Positions 22,891 through 33,540 are shown, numbered from the stretch's first letter. The stretch is DNA of 64,000 bases from Desulfosudaceae bacterium (GCA_963674745.2 CAXXDV010000001.1:1984001-2048000), one strand, 5' to 3'. Made by a program: numbers and translations. Notes: generated by a model from the letters alone, not told the origin.

Positions 22891-24048
22891 ATGAGCGATA
22901 ACCAAGCCGTAGAAGAAAAATTCAAGAAAGCCGCCGGTATCATTTCAAGCGCCGGTATGATCCCTTTTGCCATCACGGACACGCTGCTGGAAATCGTCAA
23001 ATTTTATCTCGATGAAGATGACGCTGATTTTGTCAACGCCGCTTTTGACGGCGCCAAATCAATGTCCATGGATCAGCTGGGACAAAAAACCGGTCTTCCC
23101 GAAGAAACCATTAAAGCCAGAGCGGATGCGCTGGCCAAAAAAGGCATGGTTTTCAACCAGCCCAACAGCAAGGGGGTTATGGTTTACCGGCTTCTGCCCT
23201 TGATACTGGTGGGGGCCTTTGAGTATACGTTCATGACGAAACTCCCCGAAGGCAAGGAGCGGGAGCCGCTGGAAAGGCTCGCCAAACTCTATCATACCCT
23301 TCTGATTGAACTGCGCGATAACATGCAGCGCAACTATGACAATCTGCTGCCCATATTTGAACAGCAGCCGCCGGTGGATCGGACCGTTCCGGTTTTTTCA
23401 ACAGAAGAAGGCGGTACCATCCCCATCAATAAAAGCGTCCAGGCCGAGGATACGGTCCTGCCGGCTCAGACGGTTGAAGAGATCATCGCCAAATATGATG
23501 ATATCGCCGTGGGTCACTGCTTTTGCAGGAATTACAATACGGTCCTGGGACATCAGTGCGAGATCAACGCGCCCAACGAAGTCTGCTTTACTTTCGGCAA
23601 GTCCGCCCGCCATACGGTGGCCCAGGGGTTTGCCAGGATGGTATCAAAGGATGAGGCCCTGGTCATTATGAAGCAGGCTGAAGAAGCCGGCCTGGTGCAC
23701 AAGGCCTTCCACAACGGTTTTAATATCAACAAAGATGAAAACAGCATCTGCAACTGCTGCAAGGACTGCTGTGATACCTTTACGCTCTGGCGCAACGGCG
23801 CCACCCCCATGGTGAATTCGACCAACTACCTTTCCATCATTGACGCCGCGGCATGTACCGGTTGCGGCATCTGCGTGGAACGGTGCCCGGTCGATGCCAT
23901 ATCGTTGAACAGTGATGATGTTGCCGAGCGGGTCGAAGAATACTGCATCGGCTGCGGCATCTGTGCCCGCTTCTGCCCGGTTGAAGCCATTTCCCTTAAA
24001 GAGGGCATGCGACGCGTCTATGTACCGCCGCCACGACTGCGGACTTAA
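22891..24048 (+). CDS. 4Fe-4S dicluster protein with N-terminal HTH-like region
   Basis: CFCR, CNCCKDCC and two CxxCxxCxxxCP motifs; RBS AGGAG. Confidence 0.85.
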   Translation: MSDNQAVEEKFKKAAGIISSAGMIPFAITDTLLEIVKFYLDEDDADFVNAAFDGAKSMSMDQLGQKTGLPEETIKARADALAKKGMVFNQPNSKGVMVYRLLPLILVGAFEYTFMTKLPEGKEREPLERLAKLYHTLLIELRDNMQRNYDNLLPIFEQQPPVDRTVPVFSTEEGGTIPINKSVQAEDTVLPAQTVEEIIAKYDDIAVGHCFCRNYNTVLGHQCEINAPNEVCFTFGKSARHTVAQGFARMVSKDEALVIMKQAEEAGLVHKAFHNGFNINKDENSICNCCKDCCDTFTLWRNGATPMVNSTNYLSIIDAAACTGCGICVERCPVDAISLNSDDVAERVEEYCIGCGICARFCPVEAISLKEGMRRVYVPPPRLRT

Positions 24049-24073
24049 TTATTAAGTAGCCGGCTATTTTTCT

Positions 24074-27000
24074 GTGAACGAAACGAAAGATTCATATCAT
24101 TCTTCAGCTTTTTTTGATCGGCGCGACCACGATCTGCTCCATATGGTCAAGGAGATGCTGGCCAAAGACAAGGTCAGGCTGGAGGCACAACAGCGGTTTT
24201 TTCACGATCTCCATCCTCGCGGCATCAAGGAAATGGCCGAATCTAAAGGCCTGCGGATCGCCTACGCGGTAATCCATCTTCTGGAATCGCTTGAAAAAGG
24301 CCAGATGGAACGTCGTCTGGCCGCCTTGAGGGCTCTGCGCGACGAGGTGATGTGCAGCGACACCCAGGAAATGCGGCACAATACCGCCCGTATCCTGATC
24401 GAGATTATGAAGGAGATGGTCCGCGCCCGGGGCAGTTATCTCCGCCAGCTCGAACTGGCGCATGATTTCCGCATTGCGGCTTCAGGCAAGCCACGGGTGG
24501 TTCGAAGTTTTCTGCGGCATTACCATCTTCTTGAAATGCCGGAAGAATGGAACCAGGTTGCTTTTGATGACCACGTGCATGATGCCAACACCAAGGGCCG
24601 CAAATCACCCACCCATCTCATTATGGATGCCTGGATCAAGGGGATCCGGCGGTTGCGGGTGATATATTACAATTATATCCGCCCGGAAACGGCCCGGGAG
24701 CTGCTGGAAGCGGCCGAAATTATGGGGATTACGGTTCGGATTGGAATTGAATTCCCGGCATGCTTTTACCATCAGTTTGTCAATGTCATCTGGGTCCCTC
24801 GAGGTTTTGCGTCCCCGCGTGACTTTTTAAGGTTTCTGGCCAAGCCCGAGGTGCAGGGCCTCATGGAGGATGGGCGTGAAGTGTCCGCCTATGAACAGGC
24901 CTATGTTTTCGCCATCCTCGACGAGTTCAATCAGCGTCATCTGGCGGTCATGAACGAGGCGCTGGGGGTGGATTTACCGTCCTTAAACCTTGGCGAGTTC
25001 AGAACGTTTGTGGGAAGCGGTCAGGCATCTTTGCTCCATCTGGCCAAGTTTATTCATTCCCGACTTTATCCGCTCATGCGGGTCAAAGTGGAAGCCTTAC
25101 GTGAAACACACGATCTGGAAAACGATCCGGACCGGCAGAAAGAGATCCGGCGGACGATCACGACCATGAACCGCCTGGATTCGGAAAACCTTTATGAGCA
25201 ATATTTAAGTCCGGATAAGAACCCTTCGATTCCGGATGCCAACACCGTCCGTCCGTCCGGTATGCCGGCGCTTATGACCCTCTCGCCTCCGGAGTTGATT
25301 CAACGTCTGGTCAGTCTCCGTTCCGGATGCCGGATTACACTCAACCTGAGCCACTTGAAGGTCGAAGACGTCCTGGAAATTCTGTATGACTGCGGCGGCC
25401 GGATTACCCGGCTGGAAATTTTCAACCTCAAGGACTATGTAGCCGGCAAGGTGGATCAGATACCGCTGATCGACGATCTGCAGAACAGCCTCAATCGGGG
25501 GAACGTCATCCGGCTCAAACGCCTGATTATGGATATAATCGATAACCTTGAGGCGCGTGGAGACGGTAAACGGGTTCGCAGGTTCAGGCAGATCCTGGCT
25601 GATTTTGAAACGCTGAAGAACCTGTACGCGGTGACGGCTTTAAAATCAAGACTTGGAACGGATTCCACCGGTCATTCCCCCCGTCTTCACGGCATGGGGC
25701 TGGCGGTGGTTGATACGCTCCCCCTCAGAGCCCAGCGGGTGGTCCGGCAGCATTTGCAGAGCGGCCGCCTGGTCATTCCCTTTTATATGGATACCGATCT
25801 GGTGCTGACCTGTACGGAAAGGCGTTCACGATCCGGTCGGCCGTCCATGCTGATCCGTTTTTTAAGACGACTGCCGGGACTCGAATATTTTGGTTTTAAG
25901 AAGCAAACGGACTGGGCGGCACGTGAAGATTCCACCCGAATGGTTGATCCGGGAAATATCGTAACTCTGGGCGGCCAGGAACGGTGGGTCGGAAACGGCT
26001 TCTGGCTGGAACCGGAAGCGCCGGGCAAGGATCAAATTCACTATTCCTGGCGCTATGTTCGGACGGGGCTGAAAAACAGCCTCAAGGTGTTCATCGGATT
26101 TGTCCCTGCTTTTCTCACCTTTTTTTATACCCATCACTGGTGGCTGCTGGTTTACGGCGGCGCCTTTATCTGGTTCGGCATCACCGGCCTGCGCAACATC
26201 GTCCAATCGGTTATGGGCGGCGGCGGGTTGCGCCGTTCGCCTCTTCTGCACTGGAACAATTACGTCAGCTGGGATCGACTGACGGATTCGCTTATGTACA
26301 CCGGGTTTTCGGTGCCGCTGCTGGATTTTCTGGTCAAGACCCTGCTGCTCGACAGGGGCTTTGATATCAACACGACGACCAGCCCGGTGTTGCTTTATAC
26401 CATTATGGCGCTGGTCAACGGGGTTTACCTGACCAGCCACAACCTTTTCCGGGGATTGCCGAAAGAGGCGGCTTACGCCAACTTTTTCCGCAGCGTGGCC
26501 TCCATTCCGGTGGCTTTCGGGCTGAATGCCGTTGTCGGGCTGTTCTTGACTTTCGGGGGCGTGGAGAACAGCCGGGTGATCCTGCAGAGCTGGGCGGCCA
26601 TCATTTCCAAAACCGCTTCGGATTGCGTGGCCGGTGTCATCGAAGGCGTCGTTGACCGGGCCCGCAATATCGACAACCGTCTTGATGATTACTATCGCAA
26701 GCTGGACCAGTTTTTCAGCGTTTATGCCCGGCTGGAGATGTTGTTCCCTGAAACGGACGTTTATGATCTGCTTGATTTACCGGTGGAATGGTTTGCCGCC
26801 GCCACTGAAAAAGAGAAGGACAATATTAAAATTCTTATCATCAACGCCCTGGACATGCTCTATTTCTGGATGTATCAACCCCGTGCCAGGACCGCTTTCA
26901 GGCAGGTCCTGTGTGATATGCCGACCGAAGAACGCCGCATTTTCATAAAGGCCCAGCAGGTCCTGATCATGCAGAAAGAAATCAGCCTGATGTTTATTGA

Positions 27001-27142
27001 GGGCATTGCCGGCCGCAACTTTTCAAGGCCGTTGTCCTTTTTTCTGGAACGAACCGATGAGTATCTGGCGGCTATTGAGCGCATTGCCAGAGACCTCAAG
27101 TGTAACCCGGTTGACTCGCAACCGGACGGTGCCTGCGGGTAA
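24074..27142 (+). CDS. Large hypothetical membrane protein with PHP-like metal-binding region
   Basis: 1022 aa; FDDHVHD, RIGIEF, LEIFN, GTDSTG motifs and a C-terminal multi-TM block. Start codon uncertain. Confidence 0.75.
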   Translation: MNETKDSYHSSAFFDRRDHDLLHMVKEMLAKDKVRLEAQQRFFHDLHPRGIKEMAESKGLRIAYAVIHLLESLEKGQMERRLAALRALRDEVMCSDTQEMRHNTARILIEIMKEMVRARGSYLRQLELAHDFRIAASGKPRVVRSFLRHYHLLEMPEEWNQVAFDDHVHDANTKGRKSPTHLIMDAWIKGIRRLRVIYYNYIRPETARELLEAAEIMGITVRIGIEFPACFYHQFVNVIWVPRGFASPRDFLRFLAKPEVQGLMEDGREVSAYEQAYVFAILDEFNQRHLAVMNEALGVDLPSLNLGEFRTFVGSGQASLLHLAKFIHSRLYPLMRVKVEALRETHDLENDPDRQKEIRRTITTMNRLDSENLYEQYLSPDKNPSIPDANTVRPSGMPALMTLSPPELIQRLVSLRSGCRITLNLSHLKVEDVLEILYDCGGRITRLEIFNLKDYVAGKVDQIPLIDDLQNSLNRGNVIRLKRLIMDIIDNLEARGDGKRVRRFRQILADFETLKNLYAVTALKSRLGTDSTGHSPRLHGMGLAVVDTLPLRAQRVVRQHLQSGRLVIPFYMDTDLVLTCTERRSRSGRPSMLIRFLRRLPGLEYFGFKKQTDWAAREDSTRMVDPGNIVTLGGQERWVGNGFWLEPEAPGKDQIHYSWRYVRTGLKNSLKVFIGFVPAFLTFFYTHHWWLLVYGGAFIWFGITGLRNIVQSVMGGGGLRRSPLLHWNNYVSWDRLTDSLMYTGFSVPLLDFLVKTLLLDRGFDINTTTSPVLLYTIMALVNGVYLTSHNLFRGLPKEAAYANFFRSVASIPVAFGLNAVVGLFLTFGGVENSRVILQSWAAIISKTASDCVAGVIEGVVDRARNIDNRLDDYYRKLDQFFSVYARLEMLFPETDVYDLLDLPVEWFAAATEKEKDNIKILIINALDMLYFWMYQPRARTAFRQVLCDMPTEERRIFIKAQQVLIMQKEISLMFIEGIAGRNFSRPLSFFLERTDEYLAAIERIARDLKCNPVDSQPDGACG

Positions 27143-27266
27143 CAGGCGGTTCTTGTCGCGGTAGCCGTTGCGGCTCGCTAAATAAAGCGTATCGCGCTGT
27201 TTAACGGTGCCGGCTCTTTTAACCATTGTGTTGTCCAAAAAAATGATTTATTACAGCCCCGCCAAG

Positions 27267-28409
27267 ATGATCGGACGTTCTCGCATAATTGCCGCCGGTG
27301 TCATGTTCTTCCTGGTTGTTCTGGCTGGTTTAACAGACGTTTATGGCGCGGATTCGCCCGGCCTGAAAGGTTTGTCCCGGGGCATCGCAGCCGAGCGCTG
27401 GCCGGAGGCGGAATCTGTTTTCCATTCCGATCCCCGTTGGCTGGGCGGTGACGGCGCCAGCTCGATGGATCTTGGCGATGGCCGGGTGCTGTGGCTTTTC
27501 GGGGACAGCTTTGTCGATGTGTCGGGCACCGGTTCCCGGCACACCGCCACGCTGGTGAGAAATACCATCGCGGTGCAGACCGGTTATAACCCCTGCCTGG
27601 CATCGATGGATTTTGCCTGGAAAATGAAAGCCGACCGGCCGGTGGCGTTTTTTGCGAAAAGTGGAGATCCTGATACCTGGTACTGGCCGGCTTCGGGTAT
27701 CCTGATGGGTAAAAAGCTGCTGATTTTTCTGATGACGGTCCGAGCGGCTGACAACGCCCTGGGTTTTGAAACTTGCGGCTGGAAGGCCGCCTGGATAGAT
27801 AATCCGCAGGAACCGCCGGACGCCTGGAATCCGGTCTGGCTGATCAGCCCTCAATGTCGGAATCTGGTCGTAGGCGTCGGCAATCCGGTTCTGGAAAACG
27901 GTTTTTTGCATGTGTTTGCCGCCGACGGTCGCGACCTATCCATTTATCTGGCCCGCTGGCCCGCGGCCGCGGCTTTTTCCGGAACCCTGACCGCGCCTCA
28001 ATGGTGGACCGGGGAGACCGGGGCTCAATCCGGATGGGAAGCCATGACGGGGGCGAACGACGGGTTGCGGCCGGTTATGAAAGGCGGACAGATGGAGTTC
28101 TCGGTGACCCGCCGTTCTGAATCGGGCCGATATCGGCGGGTGCAGACCAAAAGCTTTTTAGACCCCTGCCTGGCGGTATCGACCGCTTCCGCCCTGACCG
28201 GGCCATGGACGGATGCCGGCTGCTTTTTTACCCCGCCGGAACAGGGCGATCCGGAACTGCTGATCTATGCCGGCAAGTCCCACCCCGCGCTTACCGGGGT
28301 GGATCTGGTGTTTTCCTACGTGGTCAATACCACCGCCCCGGAACGGCTTTTAACCGACATGAGCCTTTATTTCCCGATCATGCTGAAGGGAAAAATGCTA
28401 CCGGAATGA
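27267..28409 (+). CDS. Exported DUF4185/DUF5005-like protein
   Basis: Signal peptide; WLGGDG, LWLFGDSFV, RNT, YWP, YAGKSHP. Start uncertain. Confidence 0.65.
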   Translation: MIGRSRIIAAGVMFFLVVLAGLTDVYGADSPGLKGLSRGIAAERWPEAESVFHSDPRWLGGDGASSMDLGDGRVLWLFGDSFVDVSGTGSRHTATLVRNTIAVQTGYNPCLASMDFAWKMKADRPVAFFAKSGDPDTWYWPASGILMGKKLLIFLMTVRAADNALGFETCGWKAAWIDNPQEPPDAWNPVWLISPQCRNLVVGVGNPVLENGFLHVFAADGRDLSIYLARWPAAAAFSGTLTAPQWWTGETGAQSGWEAMTGANDGLRPVMKGGQMEFSVTRRSESGRYRRVQTKSFLDPCLAVSTASALTGPWTDAGCFFTPPEQGDPELLIYAGKSHPALTGVDLVFSYVVNTTAPERLLTDMSLYFPIMLKGKMLPE

Positions 28410-28502
28410 AACAATATTTTGATGTTTAATCAAAAATTATTTATTAATTACAGATACCGCAAAAAAATATTATAAAGATACAAGCCGAAGAAAGGAAAAC
28501 CA

Positions 28503-29006
28503 ATGAAAGTAAAACTGGACACAAGCATGGGCGAGATCGAGTTGGAGCTTTTTGAAGACCAGGCTCCTAAAACAACAGCCAACTTCATTGAATATGTAAA
28601 GTCGGGCCACTACGACGGCACCATTTTTCACCGTGTCATCGATGGTTTCATGATTCAGGGCGGCGGAATGACCGCCGATATGGAGGAAAAACCGACCAGA
28701 GAGCCGATAGAAAATGAAGCTGAAAACGGGTTGAAAAACGACGCTTACACGGTGGCCATGGCCCGTACTTCGCATCCGGACAGCGCCACGGCCCAGTTTT
28801 TCATCAACGTCAAGAAAAACGATTTTCTGAATTTCAAATCCAAAAGCCCGGATGGATGGGGTTACGCGGTTTTCGGCAAGGTCGCCTCGGGCCATGGCGT
28901 GGTCAACAAAATCAAGGGCGTGGCCACCAGCAGAAAAGGCTATCATGAGGATGTACCCCAGAATCACATCGTGATCAACAAGGCGGAAATCGTTACCCCG
29001 GATTAA
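28503..29006 (+). CDS. ppiB: Peptidyl-prolyl cis-trans isomerase (cyclophilin)
   Basis: APKTTANF, FHRVIDGFMIQGGG, AMART, SATAQFFIN, WGYAVFG. Confidence 0.92.
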   Translation: MKVKLDTSMGEIELELFEDQAPKTTANFIEYVKSGHYDGTIFHRVIDGFMIQGGGMTADMEEKPTREPIENEAENGLKNDAYTVAMARTSHPDSATAQFFINVKKNDFLNFKSKSPDGWGYAVFGKVASGHGVVNKIKGVATSRKGYHEDVPQNHIVINKAEIVTPD

Positions 29007-29012
29007 TCGCAG

Positions 29013-29915
29013 ATGATGGTGCAATCCGAGCTGATGCCGCTTACCGAGCGGCTGTTTGTCGTTAACACGCCCACCCGGGGGCGGTTTCCCATGGCCTTTT
29101 CCTTTCTGGTCCTGGGCACGGAGATTCGTGCCCTGATTGACACCGGCTGCGGTTCCGTGGCCTGCCTGGATATTCTGAAAACTTATGATGTGGACGTGGT
29201 CATCAATTCCCACTGCCACCCCGATCATGTGGCCGGCAATCATCTGTTCGCCGGTAAAGAATTGTGGGTTCCCGAACAACGTCAGGCGGAAACAGGGGCC
29301 ATCAGCCGTCTTTCCCTACGGTTAATGGGCCCGAATGCTGATGCCCGGGGCGCCTGGGAACACTTTGTTCAAAACGGGTTGGGGATGCGGGCGTACACCC
29401 CCACCAGGACCTTCGGCGACGGTGAAGTTCTGGCTTTCGGCGGCCTGTCTCTTCAGGCGGTTCATACCCCCGGTCACCTGGACGATCACTACTGTTTTCT
29501 GGAACCGGAAGAAAACATCCTGCTTACCTTTGATATTGACCTGACCGGCTTCGGACCTTTTTACGGTAACCCGGAAGCGGATATCCCGTTGTTTAAAAAG
29601 TCACTGGACAGGGTGATGGAGATCAATCCCCGGGTTGTGATAAGCTCTCACCGCCTGCCGGTCACCGAAAATCTAACCGGAGAATTGTTGGCTTTTAAAG
29701 AAAAGTTCGACAGAAACGAAAAACGCATTGCCGCCGTACTGGACGTCCCCCGGGACCTGGATGAAATTTGCGAATTAAAACCTGTCTTCGGAAAGTACAT
29801 TCCCGGTCTGGAGGCGCTCTATCGTTTCTTTGAACGGTGCATGGTGGAGAAAAACCTGGAAGACATGATCCGGCAGGGCGGGATCAAGTTTCAGGATGGT
29901 AAATATTCTCTTTAA
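29013..29915 (+). CDS. MBL-fold metallo-hydrolase
   Basis: LIDTG, SHCHPDH, HTPGH. Confidence 0.88.
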   Translation: MMVQSELMPLTERLFVVNTPTRGRFPMAFSFLVLGTEIRALIDTGCGSVACLDILKTYDVDVVINSHCHPDHVAGNHLFAGKELWVPEQRQAETGAISRLSLRLMGPNADARGAWEHFVQNGLGMRAYTPTRTFGDGEVLAFGGLSLQAVHTPGHLDDHYCFLEPEENILLTFDIDLTGFGPFYGNPEADIPLFKKSLDRVMEINPRVVISSHRLPVTENLTGELLAFKEKFDRNEKRIAAVLDVPRDLDEICELKPVFGKYIPGLEALYRFFERCMVEKNLEDMIRQGGIKFQDGKYSL

Positions 29916-29932
29916 GGTTCCCAGGAGAAACC

Positions 29933-30484
29933 ATGAAAGAAGACCGGATCAGATGGAATAAGAAATACACCGACAGAGATTTGCCCATTGAGCCATCAGA
30001 CATTGTCCGTCGCTTCCATCATCTGGCAGAACCGGGCAGAGCCCTTGATATTGCCGCCGGGAACGGGCGGAACGCGATGTTTCTGGCCGAACAGGGCTTT
30101 GACGTGGTGGCCGCGGACATTTCCGAGCAGGGGTTGCGACGGATCGTCGGGGTTCACGAAAAACTTCATCCCCTGTGTGTTGATCTGGATATCTTCGAGA
30201 TCCCGGAGAAACGATTTCATTTGATTATAAACAATCTTTTTTTAAACCGCCGGCTGTATCCCTGGATCATTCGGGGCCTGGTCAAAGGTGGCATCCTGAT
30301 TTTTGAGACCTACATCGATTTTCCGGACAACGGTTCTCATCGACATTCCCCGGATTATCGCCTGGATGAGAACGAACTGCTGCGCGTTTTCGCGTCCCTT
30401 CATATCCTGTATTACGAAGAGACGGGAAGACGGATGGATGAAGGTGAGGCAAGGCTTGCCTCGCTTGTCGCGCAAAAAAAATAG
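29933..30484 (+). CDS. Class I SAM-dependent methyltransferase (TehB-like)
   Basis: ALDIAAGNGRNAMFLA, ADIS, L..GGILIFET, L.ENELL. Confidence 0.85.
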   Translation: MKEDRIRWNKKYTDRDLPIEPSDIVRRFHHLAEPGRALDIAAGNGRNAMFLAEQGFDVVAADISEQGLRRIVGVHEKLHPLCVDLDIFEIPEKRFHLIINNLFLNRRLYPWIIRGLVKGGILIFETYIDFPDNGSHRHSPDYRLDENELLRVFASLHILYYEETGRRMDEGEARLASLVAQKK

Positions 30485-30500
30485 CGATCAGGAGATTACA

Positions 30501-30917
30501 TTGGAATTCAATAAAGACATGATTAAACAGGTGAACCAGAACCCGCTTTATCAGGCCATGGGGATAAGCATTGAAACAGCGGAAGGGGGGGTGGTTACCT
30601 CAAGCCTGAAACCGGAGCCGTCCATGTGCTGGCCTTTCCCGGGCCAGCCCCACGGGGGCGTGTTGTTCACCCTGATGGACACCACCATGGCCTGGGCCGC
30701 CATTTCAGGACAGGAAGAGGCCGGTTCCTGCACAACCATTCATCTGGATATTCAATATACCCGGCCTGCCCGGGGCGCGTCCTTTTCCTGTCGGGCGGAA
30801 GTCGTCTCCCAGACCACACGGATCAGCTTCCTGAGTGCTTCAATATATGATACCGACGGCCAGTTGCTGGCCACGGGACAGGGAACGTATCGGCTGATGA
30901 ACGCTTCAATCGTTTGA
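30501..30917 (+). CDS. PaaI-family hotdog thioesterase
   Basis: HGGVLFTLMDTTM, TIHLDIQYTRP; TTG start after AGGAG. Confidence 0.85.
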   Translation: MEFNKDMIKQVNQNPLYQAMGISIETAEGGVVTSSLKPEPSMCWPFPGQPHGGVLFTLMDTTMAWAAISGQEEAGSCTTIHLDIQYTRPARGASFSCRAEVVSQTTRISFLSASIYDTDGQLLATGQGTYRLMNASIV

Positions 30918-30925
30918 GACGGATA

Positions 30926-31867
30926 ATGGAAACCAGAAGATCATTTCTTAAAAAGAGCATGATGGGTTGCCTGGCAGTTTCGCTGCCGGGGCTGACTGCA
31001 TGTGCCGCGCCCGGTACAAGGCCGGGTATTAAAAATAGGATACCCGGAAAAGCCCTTGTCCTCTGGTACAGCCAGACAGGCCATACCGGTCGTATCGGGA
31101 AGGTTATCGGGTATGAATGGCGGAAAGCGGGTCTGACCGTGGATTTGTGCGATTACCGCGATATCGCGCCTTCAAAGCCGGCAGGATATGATCTGGTCGC
31201 CCTGGGCTCGCCTGTTTACTATATGGACGTGCCGGATAATCTTCGGGAATGGATTCGTGGGGTGCCGGCTATGGAGGGCATACCGGTTGCGGCTTTTGTG
31301 ACCTATGGCGGTCATGGAGACGGTCAGCACAATACGGCCTGCGGTATTCTGGAAGAAATGGCCCGCAAAGGAGCGGTCCCGGTGGGGATGGACACTTTCG
31401 GTAATATGTCGACTTTTGCGCCCACCTGGTCCATGGGTAATGAAAAACGGATTTTAGAATATAAAGACCGGCCCAATGAGCAAACCTATGCCCGGGCGCA
31501 ACAGTTTGCCATTGACCTTCTGGAAAAAGTCCGGGCAGGTCGGATTTTAGAGATTGACCGGGAATTCGGGATGGACACGCTGGGCAGGCTTATACCACAG
31601 GTCTGGTTTACCAAGTTGTTGATCACCAATCATCATATTGATACAGGGGAGTGTATTGAATGCGGCCTGTGTCAGGAAAAATGTCCGGTGGCGGCTATCG
31701 ATCTGCAAAACAACACGATTGATCATCATGCCTGCCTGGCCTGTATGGGGTGTATCAACAACTGTCCGGTCGGAGCTGTCAGGATGACATTTATGGGCAG
31801 AGATGTATACGGTTTTCAGACGTTCTTAAAGCAGCATCAGATAAAGATCATGGAACCTGAACTTTAA
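30926..31867 (+). CDS. Flavodoxin + 2x[4Fe-4S] (EFR1-like) protein with Tat/lipoprotein signal
   Basis: TRRSFLK, LTAC lipobox, YSQTGHT flavodoxin loop, GSPVY, two CxxCxxCxxxCP. Confidence 0.85.
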   Translation: METRRSFLKKSMMGCLAVSLPGLTACAAPGTRPGIKNRIPGKALVLWYSQTGHTGRIGKVIGYEWRKAGLTVDLCDYRDIAPSKPAGYDLVALGSPVYYMDVPDNLREWIRGVPAMEGIPVAAFVTYGGHGDGQHNTACGILEEMARKGAVPVGMDTFGNMSTFAPTWSMGNEKRILEYKDRPNEQTYARAQQFAIDLLEKVRAGRILEIDREFGMDTLGRLIPQVWFTKLLITNHHIDTGECIECGLCQEKCPVAAIDLQNNTIDHHACLACMGCINNCPVGAVRMTFMGRDVYGFQTFLKQHQIKIMEPEL

Positions 31868-31970
31868 GGGTGCCTGACACTTCGCCCCTCGGATCCCTCA
31901 TGCGCAAACTACGACGTCTATCCTCCGCAGCAACAAGCTACTGCGGAGGGCTTCAGCGCCTTCCGCTACA

Positions 31971-32000
31971 TAAAACTTAAAACCTTAACACTTAAAACCC
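31971..32000. repeat. Short heptamer tandem array (TAAAACT-like)
   Basis: taaaact taaaacc ttaacac ttaaaac. Confidence 0.55.
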
Positions 32001-32069
32001 CTTCAAGGCAGGCCCTGATCATGGCCTGCCCGCAGGAGTTGTGTCCAAGGTGATTCGCACATTGAATTT

Positions 32070-32414
32070 TTAGTGGTAGGCGTGGGTGCCGGCCACCACT
32101 TTGATACCGAATTTGTCTTCGATCATTTTGGCCAGGTCTTCCGGTTTCATATAGGGACAGCCCGGCTTGGCGTTAACCATGCAGGAACTCAGATGAATCG
32201 CGTCGGGTTTCATCTCTAAGGCTTTGAGCGTCATTCCTATATTGGACATAATGGGGCGGCCCGGGCAGTTGCATTTTAAAAAGGCAATTACCTGAGATTC
32301 TTCATCAAAAGAACCGTCTCCCATTGTCGCCGCTTTCAGGCATCGCCATTCTCCGGGGCAGCCGTAACCGTCATCCATGTAAGCGCCGCAGGAAACAACC
32401 ATCACTTTTTTCAT
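32070..32414 (-). CDS. CGGC-domain small metal-binding protein
   Basis: CPGEWRC, CNCPG, IHLSSC, CP and C-terminal GTH pattern. Confidence 0.8.
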   Translation of the reverse strand: MKKVMVVSCGAYMDDGYGCPGEWRCLKAATMGDGSFDEESQVIAFLKCNCPGRPIMSNIGMTLKALEMKPDAIHLSSCMVNAKPGCPYMKPEDLAKMIEDKFGIKVVAGTHAYH

Positions 32415-32649
32415 TTTCCGCTCCTTTCGTTCAATCTGTTTTGATTTTAAATATGAAAAGCTGATCTGTTAAATTTATACAGGAAAAGGTCAGCTTCATG
32501 GTTATGAGCATATTCTCAAAAAAATATCAAACACCATTCGCTCCTGTTTGTCAACCGCTTTGCCGGGGAAGCTGCGGATGATTGTATTGAAGTTTAAATT
32601 TTCGGGCCGAAGCGATTATGGTGTCAGCCGAGGTCGTTTTTAGATGTCA

Positions 32650-33540
32650 CTACTTCCATTCATAATCCACCCAGGGGATGGAGCTGTATAACTTGTCATC
32701 AATGGAAAGATCCAGCGAGCAGGAACCATGTTCTCCGGCGCCTTTAAATGTAATGGCGATTTTCATATCATCAAAGGTAAGGAAAAGGACTTTAAATTCT
32801 TTGACCAGCATATGCATGATGTTGTTTACCGGGTCAACGACTTCGGTTTTTATGTCCAGGTTTTCCCTTTCCGCGATGCTGTGCATAAATCCTTCCACAC
32901 ACTGGCTGTAAGGTTCGGTATATTCGATTAAAACGCTTGCGCCGGGGGGCAGTCCGGCCGGGGTCAAGGGCTTGGACGGATAAATACCGACCACCGATAT
33001 GGGGTCACCGGTGGATGCATCGCGCATTTCAACGGTGTCGCGTTTAATGGTAAAGTCCATGCTTCTGGTACACAGGCTCAGCATATCGCCGGCAAATGGT
33101 TTCCACAAAAAAGACGGTATGGCTGGAGAGATCAGATCAAGGTGGATGGCTTTTGACTTCTTCATAGGGCAGGAAAAGGTCACCTGGAAGTGACCGATAA
33201 AAGCGGTGCCCGTATTTTTAATAGTCACAAAACCGGTCCAGTCTTCGAGAAACGGACGAACCGACAGTCCGCTTCTCCGCCGTTCACCGTTCATGACCGC
33301 ACCGCAGTCGGTAAGGACGGCGCTGACCAAAGGCTCCCGGCTTTGGATTTGATCCGGAGTTTCACTGGCAGCCCTTAGATCCTTGGTGGATACCCGGTCG
33401 GCATTGCCGAGAACCATAAGGCATATCAGCGGTAAAATAATTCGTACCGGCTTGAAATAAAGCCTGTTGCTTAAAACATGAAACCGTTTTATCCGGTCCC
33501 TGCTCATTCTGCTGTTTACTAGAATACGTCTCATTGTCAT
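32650..33540 (-). CDS. Hypothetical protein with N-terminal TM/signal segment
   Basis: 296 aa ORF, RBS GGAGGAG; no recognisable motif. Confidence 0.55.
   Translation of the reverse strand: MTMRRILVNSRMSRDRIKRFHVLSNRLYFKPVRIILPLICLMVLGNADRVSTKDLRAASETPDQIQSREPLVSAVLTDCGAVMNGERRRSGLSVRPFLEDWTGFVTIKNTGTAFIGHFQVTFSCPMKKSKAIHLDLISPAIPSFLWKPFAGDMLSLCTRSMDFTIKRDTVEMRDASTGDPISVVGIYPSKPLTPAGLPPGASVLIEYTEPYSQCVEGFMHSIAERENLDIKTEVVDPVNNIMHMLVKEFKVLFLTFDDMKIAITFKGAGEHGSCSLDLSIDDKLYSSIPWVDYEWK

Noticed and set aside
31920..31950. Hairpin CCTCCGCAG...CTGCGGAGG after the flavodoxin-ferredoxin gene
   Set aside because: Single copy in the window; cannot distinguish a REP-like repeat from a terminator stem.
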